A DNA stretch of 64,000 bases from positions 24,650 through 88,649 of IMG/VR virus record IMGVR_UViG_3300034198_024209; one strand, written 5' to 3'. The stretch's first letter is position 1; every line of letters starts with the position of its first letter. The translations under genes and the position numbers were made by a program. This document shows positions 1 to 8,899 of this stretch, piece by piece. Below the pieces are notes generated by a model, which was given only the letters and a program-made list of their open reading frames with translations, was not told where the DNA came from and did not search any database. This DNA is from a virus.

Positions 1-861
1 TACAAAACACCCTCGACGCATATAGAGCTTCCCAGTTCATGGGAGGACAACAGGACAGAAAAAAGAATAATTGATCAATTCCACTATAGATATCTTTCCC
101 CAATTATTAGATATAATGTAAAAAATAAAATTACTACTACTGGTATAACTCTCCCCTCAGATGGATGGGTTTGGGAACAAGAATTAGCTAAAAACTTCAA
201 AAAAATAGGAGCTAATTTTAACTTTATAGGAATAGAGGGAGCTAAAAAAGCTGATATATTAAAAAGATTTTTAGCAAAATCATATAAATTAAATCATTCC
301 ACGTACAATTTTAAGACCGAGTGTTATGTAGGTATCATGAGAGAATTGATGGAAAACATTAATTCAAGTAGATCAATAAAATTGAACTGCACCAATGAAA
401 GGTGGTTTTATCCTGTAGATTTTATTTATGCTGATTTTATGGGATATTGGGCTGGTCCCTCCATAAATACTATCTTATCCATATTTTATGGGCCAAGAAA
501 AATAAAGAAAGGTGGATGCTTTTTCATGTCTATATATTTAGCCAGAGGGAGCAAAGATAAAGACGTAAGGAGGGACACAATAGAGATAGGTAAAAATGTA
601 AAAAAACAAATGGATCTAGGTCTTAACCACTTTAATATTCATGATTCAAATTATCTATTAAGAGATTCCACAAAGAAATCAGGTGAATTATTTGATTTAG
701 TCCGGGGCATAGGTGCATTTACGTGGAAAATGGCCCATAAGCAGGGAATCCAGTTGCTTGTTCACGATGTACAAATATACTACAACGAATACGTAAATGA
801 ATCCGGCAGAGAAGTAAGGTCTCCAATGGCTTCTTTTTACTTTACAAAACTCAACGATTAA
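1..861 (+). CDS. 5'-truncated protein, possibly class I SAM-dependent methyltransferase-like
   Basis: Frame +1 is open from base 1 to TAA at 861, so the tracked 337 start is internal. Motifs GITLP, FIGIE and DFIYADFMG resemble Rossmann MTase strands. Confidence 0.4.
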   Translation, partial: YKTPSTHIELPSSWEDNRTEKRIIDQFHYRYLSPIIRYNVKNKITTTGITLPSDGWVWEQELAKNFKKIGANFNFIGIEGAKKADILKRFLAKSYKLNHSTYNFKTECYVGIMRELMENINSSRSIKLNCTNERWFYPVDFIYADFMGYWAGPSINTILSIFYGPRKIKKGGCFFMSIYLARGSKDKDVRRDTIEIGKNVKKQMDLGLNHFNIHDSNYLLRDSTKKSGELFDLVRGIGAFTWKMAHKQGIQLLVHDVQIYYNEYVNESGREVRSPMASFYFTKLND

Positions 862-889
862 GTAAAAAAATAAATAGCTACACATAAAA

Positions 890-1021
890 ATGGCTTCAGA
901 AAAAAGAAAAAAAATACAGGAAGAAAAACAAAAAAGATTAGTTAAGCTAAAGAAAGTTTTAGCTGGTGGAAGTAAATATGCTGAAAAGCAAAGACTAAAA
1001 AGATTGGGGTCTCAACCTTAA
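890..1021 (+). CDS. small basic protein (43 aa)
   Basis: ATG 890 to TAA 1021 (MASEKRKKIQEEKQKRLVKLKK...); fills the gap before tRNA-Leu. Confidence 0.5.
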   Translation: MASEKRKKIQEEKQKRLVKLKKVLAGGSKYAEKQRLKRLGSQP

Positions 1022-1031
1022 GTGTAACTTC

Positions 1032-1115
1032 GGCGCGGTGGCGAAATGGCAGACGCAAAGGACTTAAAATCCTTTGGTTATAATGACCGTGTGGGTTCGA
1101 GTCCCACCCGCGCTA
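1032..1115 (+). tRNA. tRNA-Leu (TAA)
   Basis: Acceptor GGCGCGG/CCGCGCT, anticodon arm AAGGA-CTTAAAA-TCCTT, long variable arm, T arm GTGGG-TTCGAGT-CCCAC; no encoded CCA. Confidence 0.95.
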
Positions 1116-1137
1116 TTTACTACTTATATTTAAAATT

Positions 1138-1413
1138 ATGAAAAAGAAAATAGAATCAGAACAACAATTATTTGTAAAATTTAACGAAGAAGAATCACGT
1201 GAACTGAATATCTACCCAGGGGATAAATTTTCAGTTAAAGAATTCGACAATGGCAGCATTCTGCTTCAAAAATACGGAACTATTGAAATAGATATTTCAT
1301 CCATGTCTCGTGACGTTCTTCAATTTTTGATTATAGAGTCTTGCAACAGGGATGTATCGGTTAATGAAGTTTTTGAGGATGTTATTAAAAAGTCATTAGC
1401 CAAAATTGAATGA
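1138..1413 (+). CDS. AbrB/MazE-like small DNA-binding protein
   Basis: LFVKFNEEESRELNIYPGDKFSV...GSILL fits the AbrB swapped-hairpin pattern. Confidence 0.5.
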   Translation: MKKKIESEQQLFVKFNEEESRELNIYPGDKFSVKEFDNGSILLQKYGTIEIDISSMSRDVLQFLIIESCNRDVSVNEVFEDVIKKSLAKIE

Positions 1414-2186
1414 AAACTTTAGTTATACCAGACATACATCATAGGACTCGAAATGTAGATATAGCATTAAATGATAATGAATACGATGAAGTAGTGTTTC
1501 TTGGTGATTGGCTAGACTCGTTTTATGAGCCGCCATTAGTCACAAGTTTTGAGGATACGTGTATATATCTTAGGGATTTAGTGACAAGCCATAAAAATAA
1601 AGATAAATTTATTTTTCTAGTGGGTAACCATGACGTAAATTATATTTATTGTAACAATGGTCCATCCACGAAATCTTGTTCTAAGCTCTTACCATACTAT
1701 TGTTCTGGCTTTACCACGAGCAAGGCAAAAAAATTTAGAAAAACATTTTTTGATAAAGGATTAAAAGATGATTTTTTCAGGAAAAATTTTAAGTTAGCTC
1801 ATAGATCACAGGGATGGTCTTTTTCACACGCTGGAATAATTATGGAACATTTTCCATATGGATATAATATTGATAGATTAATTGAGACAGCTAATGATGC
1901 CTGGGCAAATTTTAGGGACTTATCGTATAGCTTCAATTATCTAGTCTCTTCAATTGGTGTGTGTAGGGGCGGCAGACAATCAGTGGGAGGACTTACTTGG
2001 TGTGACTGGATTAATGAGTTTTATCCATCTAGCTCAGTTGGCAAACAAATATGTGGCCATACGACAGTTAGAGAACCTGAATGTATTGCAAAAGACACTG
2101 AATACGAAAGTTGGAATCTTGACACTGTTTTTCACTATGGCATCATAGAAGATAGTGTTTTAAAAATTACGGAATATGCCCGTTAA
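1410..2186 (+). CDS. calcineurin-like metallophosphoesterase
   Basis: Motifs DIH, LGDWLD, GNHD, SHAG and GHT in order. Confidence 0.9.
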   Translation: MKTLVIPDIHHRTRNVDIALNDNEYDEVVFLGDWLDSFYEPPLVTSFEDTCIYLRDLVTSHKNKDKFIFLVGNHDVNYIYCNNGPSTKSCSKLLPYYCSGFTTSKAKKFRKTFFDKGLKDDFFRKNFKLAHRSQGWSFSHAGIIMEHFPYGYNIDRLIETANDAWANFRDLSYSFNYLVSSIGVCRGGRQSVGGLTWCDWINEFYPSSSVGKQICGHTTVREPECIAKDTEYESWNLDTVFHYGIIEDSVLKITEYAR

Positions 2187-3435
2187 CAAGAATATATCCC
2201 AAACTATTACTCAGGCTTATTCTTTTGCAAGAAGAATGGCTCCCAAGAGAGTTTCGTCAATAGCGGCGAATAAAGAACCTCCAAGAGAATATAACAACAA
2301 ATTAATATTGCTTGATAGGGCATTGCTCAAGACAGACTTCGCAAGACCCATAATGCTTGACGTAACAACAATTGCAGTAGGCGCTCCAGGATGTAAAGAC
2401 GTAGATGGGAACAAAATAGGTGCAATATATTTTTATAGAGGCGGTGTATATGAAAATATAGATAAAAACTGGAAAAAAAAGTATAAGTTTTTCTACCCAC
2501 TTACTGGAAACGAAGACCGCCTCCCGTTAGACGGGTCTTCAGTAGACTTCGGATTTTCCATTTCTCTGTCCGCGAGCGGAACCGTTATAGCCATTGGCGC
2601 TCCTGGAGAAAGGTCAGAAACTGGAGAGAGGACCGGAGCTGTATATGTATATTCAGTTTCCGAAAATTTTAATTCACATACTCTAATGGCAAAAATTCTT
2701 CCACCGGACCCTACTGAATACAAAGAATTTGGTAGGTCTGTGGCTTTATCTGATGATGGTAGCTTATTGTTTGTTTGTGATAAAAAAATAAATAACTTGT
2801 CAAAAATTTACACATTTACTAGCTCAAGCGATAATTTGTCTAGCTGGTTTTTTGCAGGGAAAAGAAATACTAGAAACGAATTGGCCACGCATTACAACTA
2901 TGAGACAAAAGTACTAAAAATAGACAAAACTCTTCCAGAAAGAATTGCATACATGGACTCGACAGGGGGGTCAACTCCTTTCGTGTTTATGTGCAAAGAA
3001 AATGTGGATGTATTGACTATGACACAGTCAACTGAGGTAGTGTTCTGCACAAAAAATAAGATAGACAGAGAATTGAAAATTAAAGCTACTTTAGAGGATC
3101 CAAACTCATCTGTTTTGTCTGACTGTTTTGGTCATAGTATATGTGCAAGCCCCCCATATTTATATCGAGTGGGGGTGGGAGCTCCAGGGAAGGATAATCA
3201 AACTGGTTGTCTTTATGTATATATTTACGATGGAAAACAATTTCCGCTTTTTAATGTCCTGGTACCAGATGACGCCGAGGAAGGAGACAAATTTGGGTTT
3301 TCTTGCTCTAGTAGTAGCGAGCAGGAAAGTGTTCCTTGCCATTTATACGCAATAGCAGATACGATATCGTCTGTTGGCCCATTCGAGAAAACTAGCGGTT
3401 GGTCAAGTTCTTACGTGTCTAGGTCTAAAAGATAG
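2176..3435 (+). CDS. FG-GAP (integrin-alpha-like) beta-propeller repeat protein
   Basis: Repeats FGFSISLS..IAIGAPG..GAVYVY, FGRSVALS, FGHSI..VGVGAPG..GCLYVY and FGFS. Confidence 0.8.
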   Translation: MPVNKNISQTITQAYSFARRMAPKRVSSIAANKEPPREYNNKLILLDRALLKTDFARPIMLDVTTIAVGAPGCKDVDGNKIGAIYFYRGGVYENIDKNWKKKYKFFYPLTGNEDRLPLDGSSVDFGFSISLSASGTVIAIGAPGERSETGERTGAVYVYSVSENFNSHTLMAKILPPDPTEYKEFGRSVALSDDGSLLFVCDKKINNLSKIYTFTSSSDNLSSWFFAGKRNTRNELATHYNYETKVLKIDKTLPERIAYMDSTGGSTPFVFMCKENVDVLTMTQSTEVVFCTKNKIDRELKIKATLEDPNSSVLSDCFGHSICASPPYLYRVGVGAPGKDNQTGCLYVYIYDGKQFPLFNVLVPDDAEEGDKFGFSCSSSSEQESVPCHLYAIADTISSVGPFEKTSGWSSSYVSRSKR

Positions 3436-3441
3436 TGAATT

Positions 3442-3741
3442 ATGAATATATATAGCTTAATTAATCAAGACGTAGTAGATGCGAGATTTTTGCAAAACGA
3501 TGAATTAAAAATGCTTGGATGGGAAAATAAACCCAATGCTATTGGGATATCAGTGGGCGGAGTGTTGCTTATTCCGGTTGTTTATGGAGAAGATGATAAT
3601 GTGGCCATTGCTGACAATATACCCGCGCAATTCGAGTTCAGTTTTAATGATGAGGTTATTTATCCAATCTCTGTAGGGTATTTGCAATATGGATCTCAGG
3701 GGCCTTCGAACGGGGCATCGGGCGCTACCGCTATGCCATAA
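3442..3741 (+). CDS. hypothetical protein
   Basis: ORF packed directly behind the previous gene. Confidence 0.6.
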   Translation: MNIYSLINQDVVDARFLQNDELKMLGWENKPNAIGISVGGVLLIPVVYGEDDNVAIADNIPAQFEFSFNDEVIYPISVGYLQYGSQGPSNGASGATAMP

Positions 3742-3750
3742 ACAAAATTA

Positions 3751-3779
3751 TTGTTTTAAATGGCGCAAAACATTATATT
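3751..3779 (+). promoter_or_regulatory. putative sigma70-type promoter
   Basis: TTGTTT-N17-TATATT upstream of ATG 3786. Confidence 0.35.
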
Positions 3780-3785
3780 AAAATT

Positions 3786-4007
3786 ATGAATAAATATACG
3801 AAAACATACATGAATGAGTTAATTAAATTAGCGGGAAGTCCGACAGATGAGCATATGATGTCTTTATCTGATCAAAAGTCTCCGGCAAAACCAGTAAAAC
3901 CAACCACTCCAAAAAAAAGTGATGGACTAATTACGAAGATCCCAGGGCTACCAGCTAACGCCAAACCTAGTGAGGCTGACCTAAATGACGCTGCGGGATA
4001 TAAATAA
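3786..4007 (+). CDS. small putative virion-internal protein with N-terminal KLA motif
   Basis: N-terminus MNKYTKTYMNELIKLAG resembles that of the next gene. Confidence 0.5.
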   Translation: MNKYTKTYMNELIKLAGSPTDEHMMSLSDQKSPAKPVKPTTPKKSDGLITKIPGLPANAKPSEADLNDAAGYK

Positions 4008-4016
4008 ATATTATTT

Positions 4017-5327
4017 ATGAATAAGTACGCCTCAGAATATTTTGGCCACATCTTTCGAAAACTTGCTAGGCAGTTTTCTCCAGAAGTACTGGAATCCATG
4101 AGGCGTGCAATGGGTGATCCATCGATTGGATCTGCAGAGCAAACAGCTTATAGAAAAGCTTACGAATCTGCTACCAAAGGAGTAAATACCGCTCCCACTA
4201 TACTAAAACCGAATGTGCCGCAAGCCACGCCTAGCGCACTTGCCGCACCATCCATCAAGCCTAGTGGCGCTGGCGCTGGGGTGCCTCCAGTAGCTGGAAA
4301 TATGGCTGCGCCATCGAACTGGTCTAGATTAATGATGAAAGGCGTTCCAGCCAAGAATTTAGTAGCAGGGGGGCTTGCGGGAGCCGGAATTGGATTAGCA
4401 GCCGATGCAGTTACACCACAATTTTCTGGTGGTGGCTACTGGTCTGAAGTGGGCAACCAATTAAGAAGCTACGGAATTGATACAGCCTCTAGTGCAGCTG
4501 GCGCTGGAATAGCTACTGGTGGGGCTGGTTTATTGCCTGGGGCAGTTTGGGGTGCTGGTTCCAATTTGGTCGGAAAGCTAGTTGATGTTGGGACCGGATT
4601 GAATGAGTTGTACAACCCGAAAAGCGAACTCAACCAAGGGGTCGCAGAGACAAGAGAGAGAAACAATCGCTTAGACGCGCAAAACGCTCTTAGAAATAAT
4701 CCACTGCCAAAGCCTAGTTCGTCAGGAAAGCTTTCAGACGGTCAGTTAGCAAATATGGCGGGGGTTGGGTTTGCAGGTGATCTACCGCAAAATGCTATAA
4801 ATAATGCAAATCAGACTACTCCTCTCCCGCCAATAAACCCTAGTACAGATACAAACAATGGACCTATACCTACTCCTACTCCTGCTGTTACACCTGCTGG
4901 GAGCGTAAACAACGATCTCCCTGCTCCAGTACCTAGCCCAGTTCCTTCTCCAGTCTCAGTTCCTAGCACTGCGCCTTCTCCAGCGCCCATTCAAACGACT
5001 CCACAAGTTGTAGATAATAAACCAAGTGTTGCTCAGGATCAGGTTGCGAAACAGCAACCAGCCAATAAACCGAAAACGCAGCAAAAAGTAAATCCTTTAA
5101 AACAGGTTAACTTCAAGCCACAAGTTCCTAATCCGGTATTAAAACCAACCTCTGTTAAACCTAAAGCTGTTGTACAGAACAGCAGACTTGGAGGCCCCTT
5201 AGGCACTGTTTCAAATGTTTTTGGCAGACTTGGAGATACAATGCAAAATGCGGCAAGTGGCAGATTAGGAAAAGGAGATCAATTAAGGCAGACCAGTTTA
5301 TTACCCGGGCAAAACAAAAGAAGGTAA
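4017..5327 (+). CDS. Gly/Pro-rich putative virion-internal (ejection-type) protein
   Basis: MNKYASEYFGHIFRKLA N-terminus, Gly/Ala hydrophobic stretches, Pro-rich low-complexity C-terminal half. Confidence 0.5.
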   Translation: MNKYASEYFGHIFRKLARQFSPEVLESMRRAMGDPSIGSAEQTAYRKAYESATKGVNTAPTILKPNVPQATPSALAAPSIKPSGAGAGVPPVAGNMAAPSNWSRLMMKGVPAKNLVAGGLAGAGIGLAADAVTPQFSGGGYWSEVGNQLRSYGIDTASSAAGAGIATGGAGLLPGAVWGAGSNLVGKLVDVGTGLNELYNPKSELNQGVAETRERNNRLDAQNALRNNPLPKPSSSGKLSDGQLANMAGVGFAGDLPQNAINNANQTTPLPPINPSTDTNNGPIPTPTPAVTPAGSVNNDLPAPVPSPVPSPVSVPSTAPSPAPIQTTPQVVDNKPSVAQDQVAKQQPANKPKTQQKVNPLKQVNFKPQVPNPVLKPTSVKPKAVVQNSRLGGPLGTVSNVFGRLGDTMQNAASGRLGKGDQLRQTSLLPGQNKRR

Positions 5328-5344
5328 CAAATAAAGTATTTTTT

Positions 5345-5377
5345 AAAAAGCCTCCATAATTTCATGGAGGCTTTTTT
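5345..5377 (+). terminator. intrinsic terminator (bidirectional-like)
   Basis: AAAAAGCCTCCAT-loop-ATGGAGGCTTTTTT. Confidence 0.8.
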
Positions 5378-5384
5378 ATTTAAG

Positions 5385-5735
5385 ATGAAAACAAAAAATA
5401 AAAAAAAAGACAGTTTTGTGTATTTAGTTTATTGTAACCCAGCCCCACAATTAGTTTATGGGGTATATAAATCAAAACATGACGCAGTACGATATGCCCT
5501 ATCTTTGATAAGGTACAGAAGAGAAAGGGCTACATCAAAAAACAAAAAGTTTGGTTATTACCACTTCCATCCACTACCACAAGAGAACCAGCTTTTGCGA
5601 ATGAAAAATAAAGATAGTCATTGTTATTATGATTCATGCATCTTTACTGTTTGCATATCAGTTCCAGATGAAAAAAATAAGGAGTGGGGAGACGATTCAT
5701 GTCATATTAGAGTTGTCAGAAGAGTTTTAACATAA
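5385..5735 (+). CDS. hypothetical protein
   Basis: The ATG at 5364 lies inside the terminator stem, so 5385 is preferred. Confidence 0.6.
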   Translation: MKTKNKKKDSFVYLVYCNPAPQLVYGVYKSKHDAVRYALSLIRYRRERATSKNKKFGYYHFHPLPQENQLLRMKNKDSHCYYDSCIFTVCISVPDEKNKEWGDDSCHIRVVRRVLT

Positions 5736-5819
5736 AAATTTTTATTTTATGATTTTTGCTTTTATTTTTTATTGTGAAACAATGTTTTATAAGATAAAAC
5801 GAGCCATACGTAAAATGTT

Positions 5820-5847
5820 TTGACACCCTTTTTTTAGGATGTACTAT
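5820..5847 (+). promoter_or_regulatory. putative sigma70-type promoter
   Basis: TTGACA-N16-TACTAT upstream of ATG 5874. Confidence 0.55.
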
Positions 5848-5873
5848 AACAAAACTCAATCAACACATAAATT

Positions 5874-6485
5874 ATGCAACAAACACACACAGGAAGCAGT
5901 CAAGTCTTTAGGTACGACAATGTTTTAGGCCCACAAACGTGCAATGAAATTTGCACCTATCTATTGAGGGAGAAAGGGGAGCATATGTCAAGCGACTCTG
6001 AATTATTGCCATGGAGAGAAAACGATGTTTTCAATTATAGAAATATGGCTGATTACAATTTAATTAATAAAATTAATCTACACAGGCATGCAGTAAAAAA
6101 TTTGGTAATGATGTCATTTAAGCAAATGGCATATATAGAATACACTGATTTAGTTGTCTGGAGAACTGGAAAGTCGCAAGACAGGCACAAGGACAATGGA
6201 TACAAAGAAAACGATTCATTGAAAAATAGAAAGTTTACAACCGTAACGTATCTTAATGAATCTTTTGTGGGAGGCAATACATTCATACAGACAGAAAACG
6301 GAGACGATTATATAAGTTTTCCTAAGCAGGGGTCTGTTGTGCTGTATTACGCAGACGAAAGAGCTACGCATGGAGTAACTGAGGTTGAGAGTGGAATAAG
6401 ATTTACTCTTCCAATCTGGTTTTGTACAGATTATTTCGTCAGCGAAGAAGAAAGATATAGGGCTCAAGACAATATTTTTAATTAA
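5874..6485 (+). CDS. 2OG-Fe(II) oxygenase (prolyl-4-hydroxylase-like)
   Basis: HKD...YLN..F.GG...HGV..V.SG.R: HxD..H triad plus the 2OG-binding Arg. Confidence 0.85.
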   Translation: MQQTHTGSSQVFRYDNVLGPQTCNEICTYLLREKGEHMSSDSELLPWRENDVFNYRNMADYNLINKINLHRHAVKNLVMMSFKQMAYIEYTDLVVWRTGKSQDRHKDNGYKENDSLKNRKFTTVTYLNESFVGGNTFIQTENGDDYISFPKQGSVVLYYADERATHGVTEVESGIRFTLPIWFCTDYFVSEEERYRAQDNIFN

Positions 6486-6514
6486 ATATTTTGTCTTGAG
6501 TCTTTAAGCAAAAA

Positions 6515-6589
6515 CGGAGCGTAGCTTAGCCTGGCTAGAGCGCCTGGTTTGGGACCAGGAGGTCGCGAGTTCGAATCTCGCCGCTCCGA
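6515..6589 (+). tRNA. tRNA-Pro (TGG)
   Basis: Acceptor CGGAGCG/CGCTCCG, anticodon arm CCTGG-TTTGGGA-CCAGG, T arm GCGAG-TTCGAAT-CTCGC. Confidence 0.95.
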
Positions 6590-6626
6590 TTTACCAATAA
6601 ACACAATTAGTTAAACAACATAAAAA

Positions 6627-7157
6627 ATGACAAAAGAACTGGAAAACATAACAAACCAAACAGTAGAGATTCCAATTAAAGAAAAACGTAAAATAGAGTT
6701 TGTCCAGCCAACAAAGATTAAGCTTGGTTATTCTTTTAATGAATCCATGGGGTTAGGTGTTTTTGCAACAAAAGACATAGAACCTGGAGAATTGATAGAA
6801 AGATGCTATATGGTTCAATTGGCTGATAGATCTAGATACCAACATGATCGACAAATTAAAAGATATCTGTACACAAATAGGTGCTCATGTCAGCAGTGCA
6901 TGATACATGGAGTCCACATGAACATGGTACTTGGATACGGGATGATATATAACCACCAAGACGAACCAAATACAGAGTGGAATTTTAAATGGGCAGATGA
7001 TTATGCAGATATTATTTGCGTAAAGCAAATAAAAGAAGGACAAGAGATATTTGTTTATTATGGGTCGAGTTATTTCAAGGGGCGTGAATACTTTTCACAA
7101 TCTGGAGACTCTGTGATACCTGAATTCAAGGGAGAAGATACTTTAATTGAAACTTAG
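6627..7157 (+). CDS. SET-domain protein lysine methyltransferase
   Basis: SET motifs GLGVFATKDIEPGELIE, YNH...PN and GQEIFVYYG. Confidence 0.85.
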   Translation: MTKELENITNQTVEIPIKEKRKIEFVQPTKIKLGYSFNESMGLGVFATKDIEPGELIERCYMVQLADRSRYQHDRQIKRYLYTNRCSCQQCMIHGVHMNMVLGYGMIYNHQDEPNTEWNFKWADDYADIICVKQIKEGQEIFVYYGSSYFKGREYFSQSGDSVIPEFKGEDTLIET

Positions 7158-7590
7158 GATATACACCGATGGTGCGTGCTCAGGCAACCCAGGCCCAGGT
7201 GGATATTCAGCCATTATAAAACTAGAAGATGGAACTAGTTATGAATTAAGCGAAGGATACAAAAATACAACAAATAATCGAATGGAATTAAGGGCAGCAA
7301 TTGCTGCCCTTAAATTTGTGTTGATTCACAAACAAAATGAAGTTGTATTGTATTCTGACTCAAAATATATCACAGATGCGGTAAATCAAGGCTGGATACT
7401 AAACTGGAAAAATCGTAATCTGGCTGGAGTAAAGAACCCAGATCTTTGGAGGCAATTTATTGAGTTGATTGATCAATTTGATAAATTGTTTTTTGTCTGG
7501 GTTAAAGGACACAATGGACACGAAGAAAATGAACAATGTGATGAACTAGCAAGAAACGCAATAAAGGGAGTCCTTTTGGACGACATCTAA
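7147..7590 (+). CDS. rnhA: ribonuclease HI
   Basis: YTDGACSGNPGPGG, TTNNRMEL, SDSKY, WVKGH and NEQCDELA. Confidence 0.95.
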   Translation: MKLRIYTDGACSGNPGPGGYSAIIKLEDGTSYELSEGYKNTTNNRMELRAAIAALKFVLIHKQNEVVLYSDSKYITDAVNQGWILNWKNRNLAGVKNPDLWRQFIELIDQFDKLFFVWVKGHNGHEENEQCDELARNAIKGVLLDDI

Positions 7591-7611
7591 TTAAACATAA
7601 ATAATAGATAT

Positions 7612-8595
7612 ATGAATACATTAAAGATATTTGATGAACAAATTTCAAGAAAACCAAATCTTTATCCTTGGACGGATAAATTTATTGAAGCCATGCATAA
7701 TGGATTCTGGACAGATAAAGAATTTAATTTTAAGTCGGATGTTCAGGATTTTGCAGTAAAGCTAACTGAGCAAGAAAAACAAATTATAATACGTACTTTA
7801 TCTGCAATAGGGCAGATAGAGGTTGCAGTAAAAACATTTTGGGCCAAACTTGGGGAAAATTTACCTCATCCATCCTTATCTGATTTAGGTTATGTGATGG
7901 CCAATGTCGAAGTAATACATAATAACGCTTACGAAAGATTGATTTCAGTGTTGGGGCTGGAGAGCGTGTTTGAAGAAAACTTAAAACTAGAATGGATACA
8001 AGGTAGAGTGAAATATCTCAAAAAATACACACACAGATTCTACAAGGACAGTAAAAAACAATATCTATATGCCCTCATCTTGTTCACCTTGTTTGTTGAA
8101 AATGTTTCCCTATTTTCTCAGTTCTATGTAATTAACTGGTTCTCTACATTTAAAAATGTTTTAAAAGATACCGATCAACAAGTTAAATATACTAGAAATG
8201 AAGAAAATATACATGCACTAGTTGGTATTAAAATAATAAATACCATAAAGCAAGAGTATCCAGACATTTTCGACAAAGAATTAGAAGAAAAAATTCTAGA
8301 AGAAGCTCAGGAAGCTTTTATCTCAGAATCAAAGATAATTGATTGGATGGTGAATGGAATAAATGAGAATGGTCTGTCTGCAGATACATTAAAGGAATTT
8401 ATCAAGAATAGAATTAATAATTCCTTGAATCAAATAGGATTAAAATCTGTATTTGAAATAGATAAAGATAAAATTGCTTCTACTGTTTGGTTTGATGAAC
8501 AGTTGTTGGCAAATAATATGACAGACTTCTTTCATTCAAGACCAGTTGACTATTCCAAGAAATCACAATCATTTTCAGAAGATGATTTATTTTAA
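7612..8595 (+). CDS. nrdB: ribonucleotide reductase beta subunit (class Id-like)
   Basis: Ferritin-like ligands IEVAVK, EVIHNNAY, FVENVSLF and EENIH; C-terminal DFF...VDY. Confidence 0.9.
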   Translation: MNTLKIFDEQISRKPNLYPWTDKFIEAMHNGFWTDKEFNFKSDVQDFAVKLTEQEKQIIIRTLSAIGQIEVAVKTFWAKLGENLPHPSLSDLGYVMANVEVIHNNAYERLISVLGLESVFEENLKLEWIQGRVKYLKKYTHRFYKDSKKQYLYALILFTLFVENVSLFSQFYVINWFSTFKNVLKDTDQQVKYTRNEENIHALVGIKIINTIKQEYPDIFDKELEEKILEEAQEAFISESKIIDWMVNGINENGLSADTLKEFIKNRINNSLNQIGLKSVFEIDKDKIASTVWFDEQLLANNMTDFFHSRPVDYSKKSQSFSEDDLF

Positions 8596-8620
8596 AGAAC
8601 AACAAACAAAAAAACAATAA

Positions 8621-8899
8621 ATGGAAAAAGATATATATATTCCTTTTACTGCAGCTCAATATGCAGAAGGACTAGAACTACAAGCAATTTTAGTAAAATG
8701 CAAAGAATGCATAGATGATCTTTTTGGTGAAGGATACTCCAAAACTAACCCAGCTCTTGTTGGATCAATGTTTCAGGGCATTCTTCACTCTTATGACAAT
8801 ACTCAGCTCTTACAGCACTTAAGTACTATAAATAAAACTATAGAGTGGGTAGGAGAGAAGATACAACATCACGCATATGTTTGTGCAAAACATTTATGA
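8621..8899 (+). CDS. hypothetical protein between the RNR subunits
   Basis: ORF overlapping the nrdA start. Confidence 0.6.
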   Translation: MEKDIYIPFTAAQYAEGLELQAILVKCKECIDDLFGEGYSKTNPALVGSMFQGILHSYDNTQLLQHLSTINKTIEWVGEKIQHHAYVCAKHL

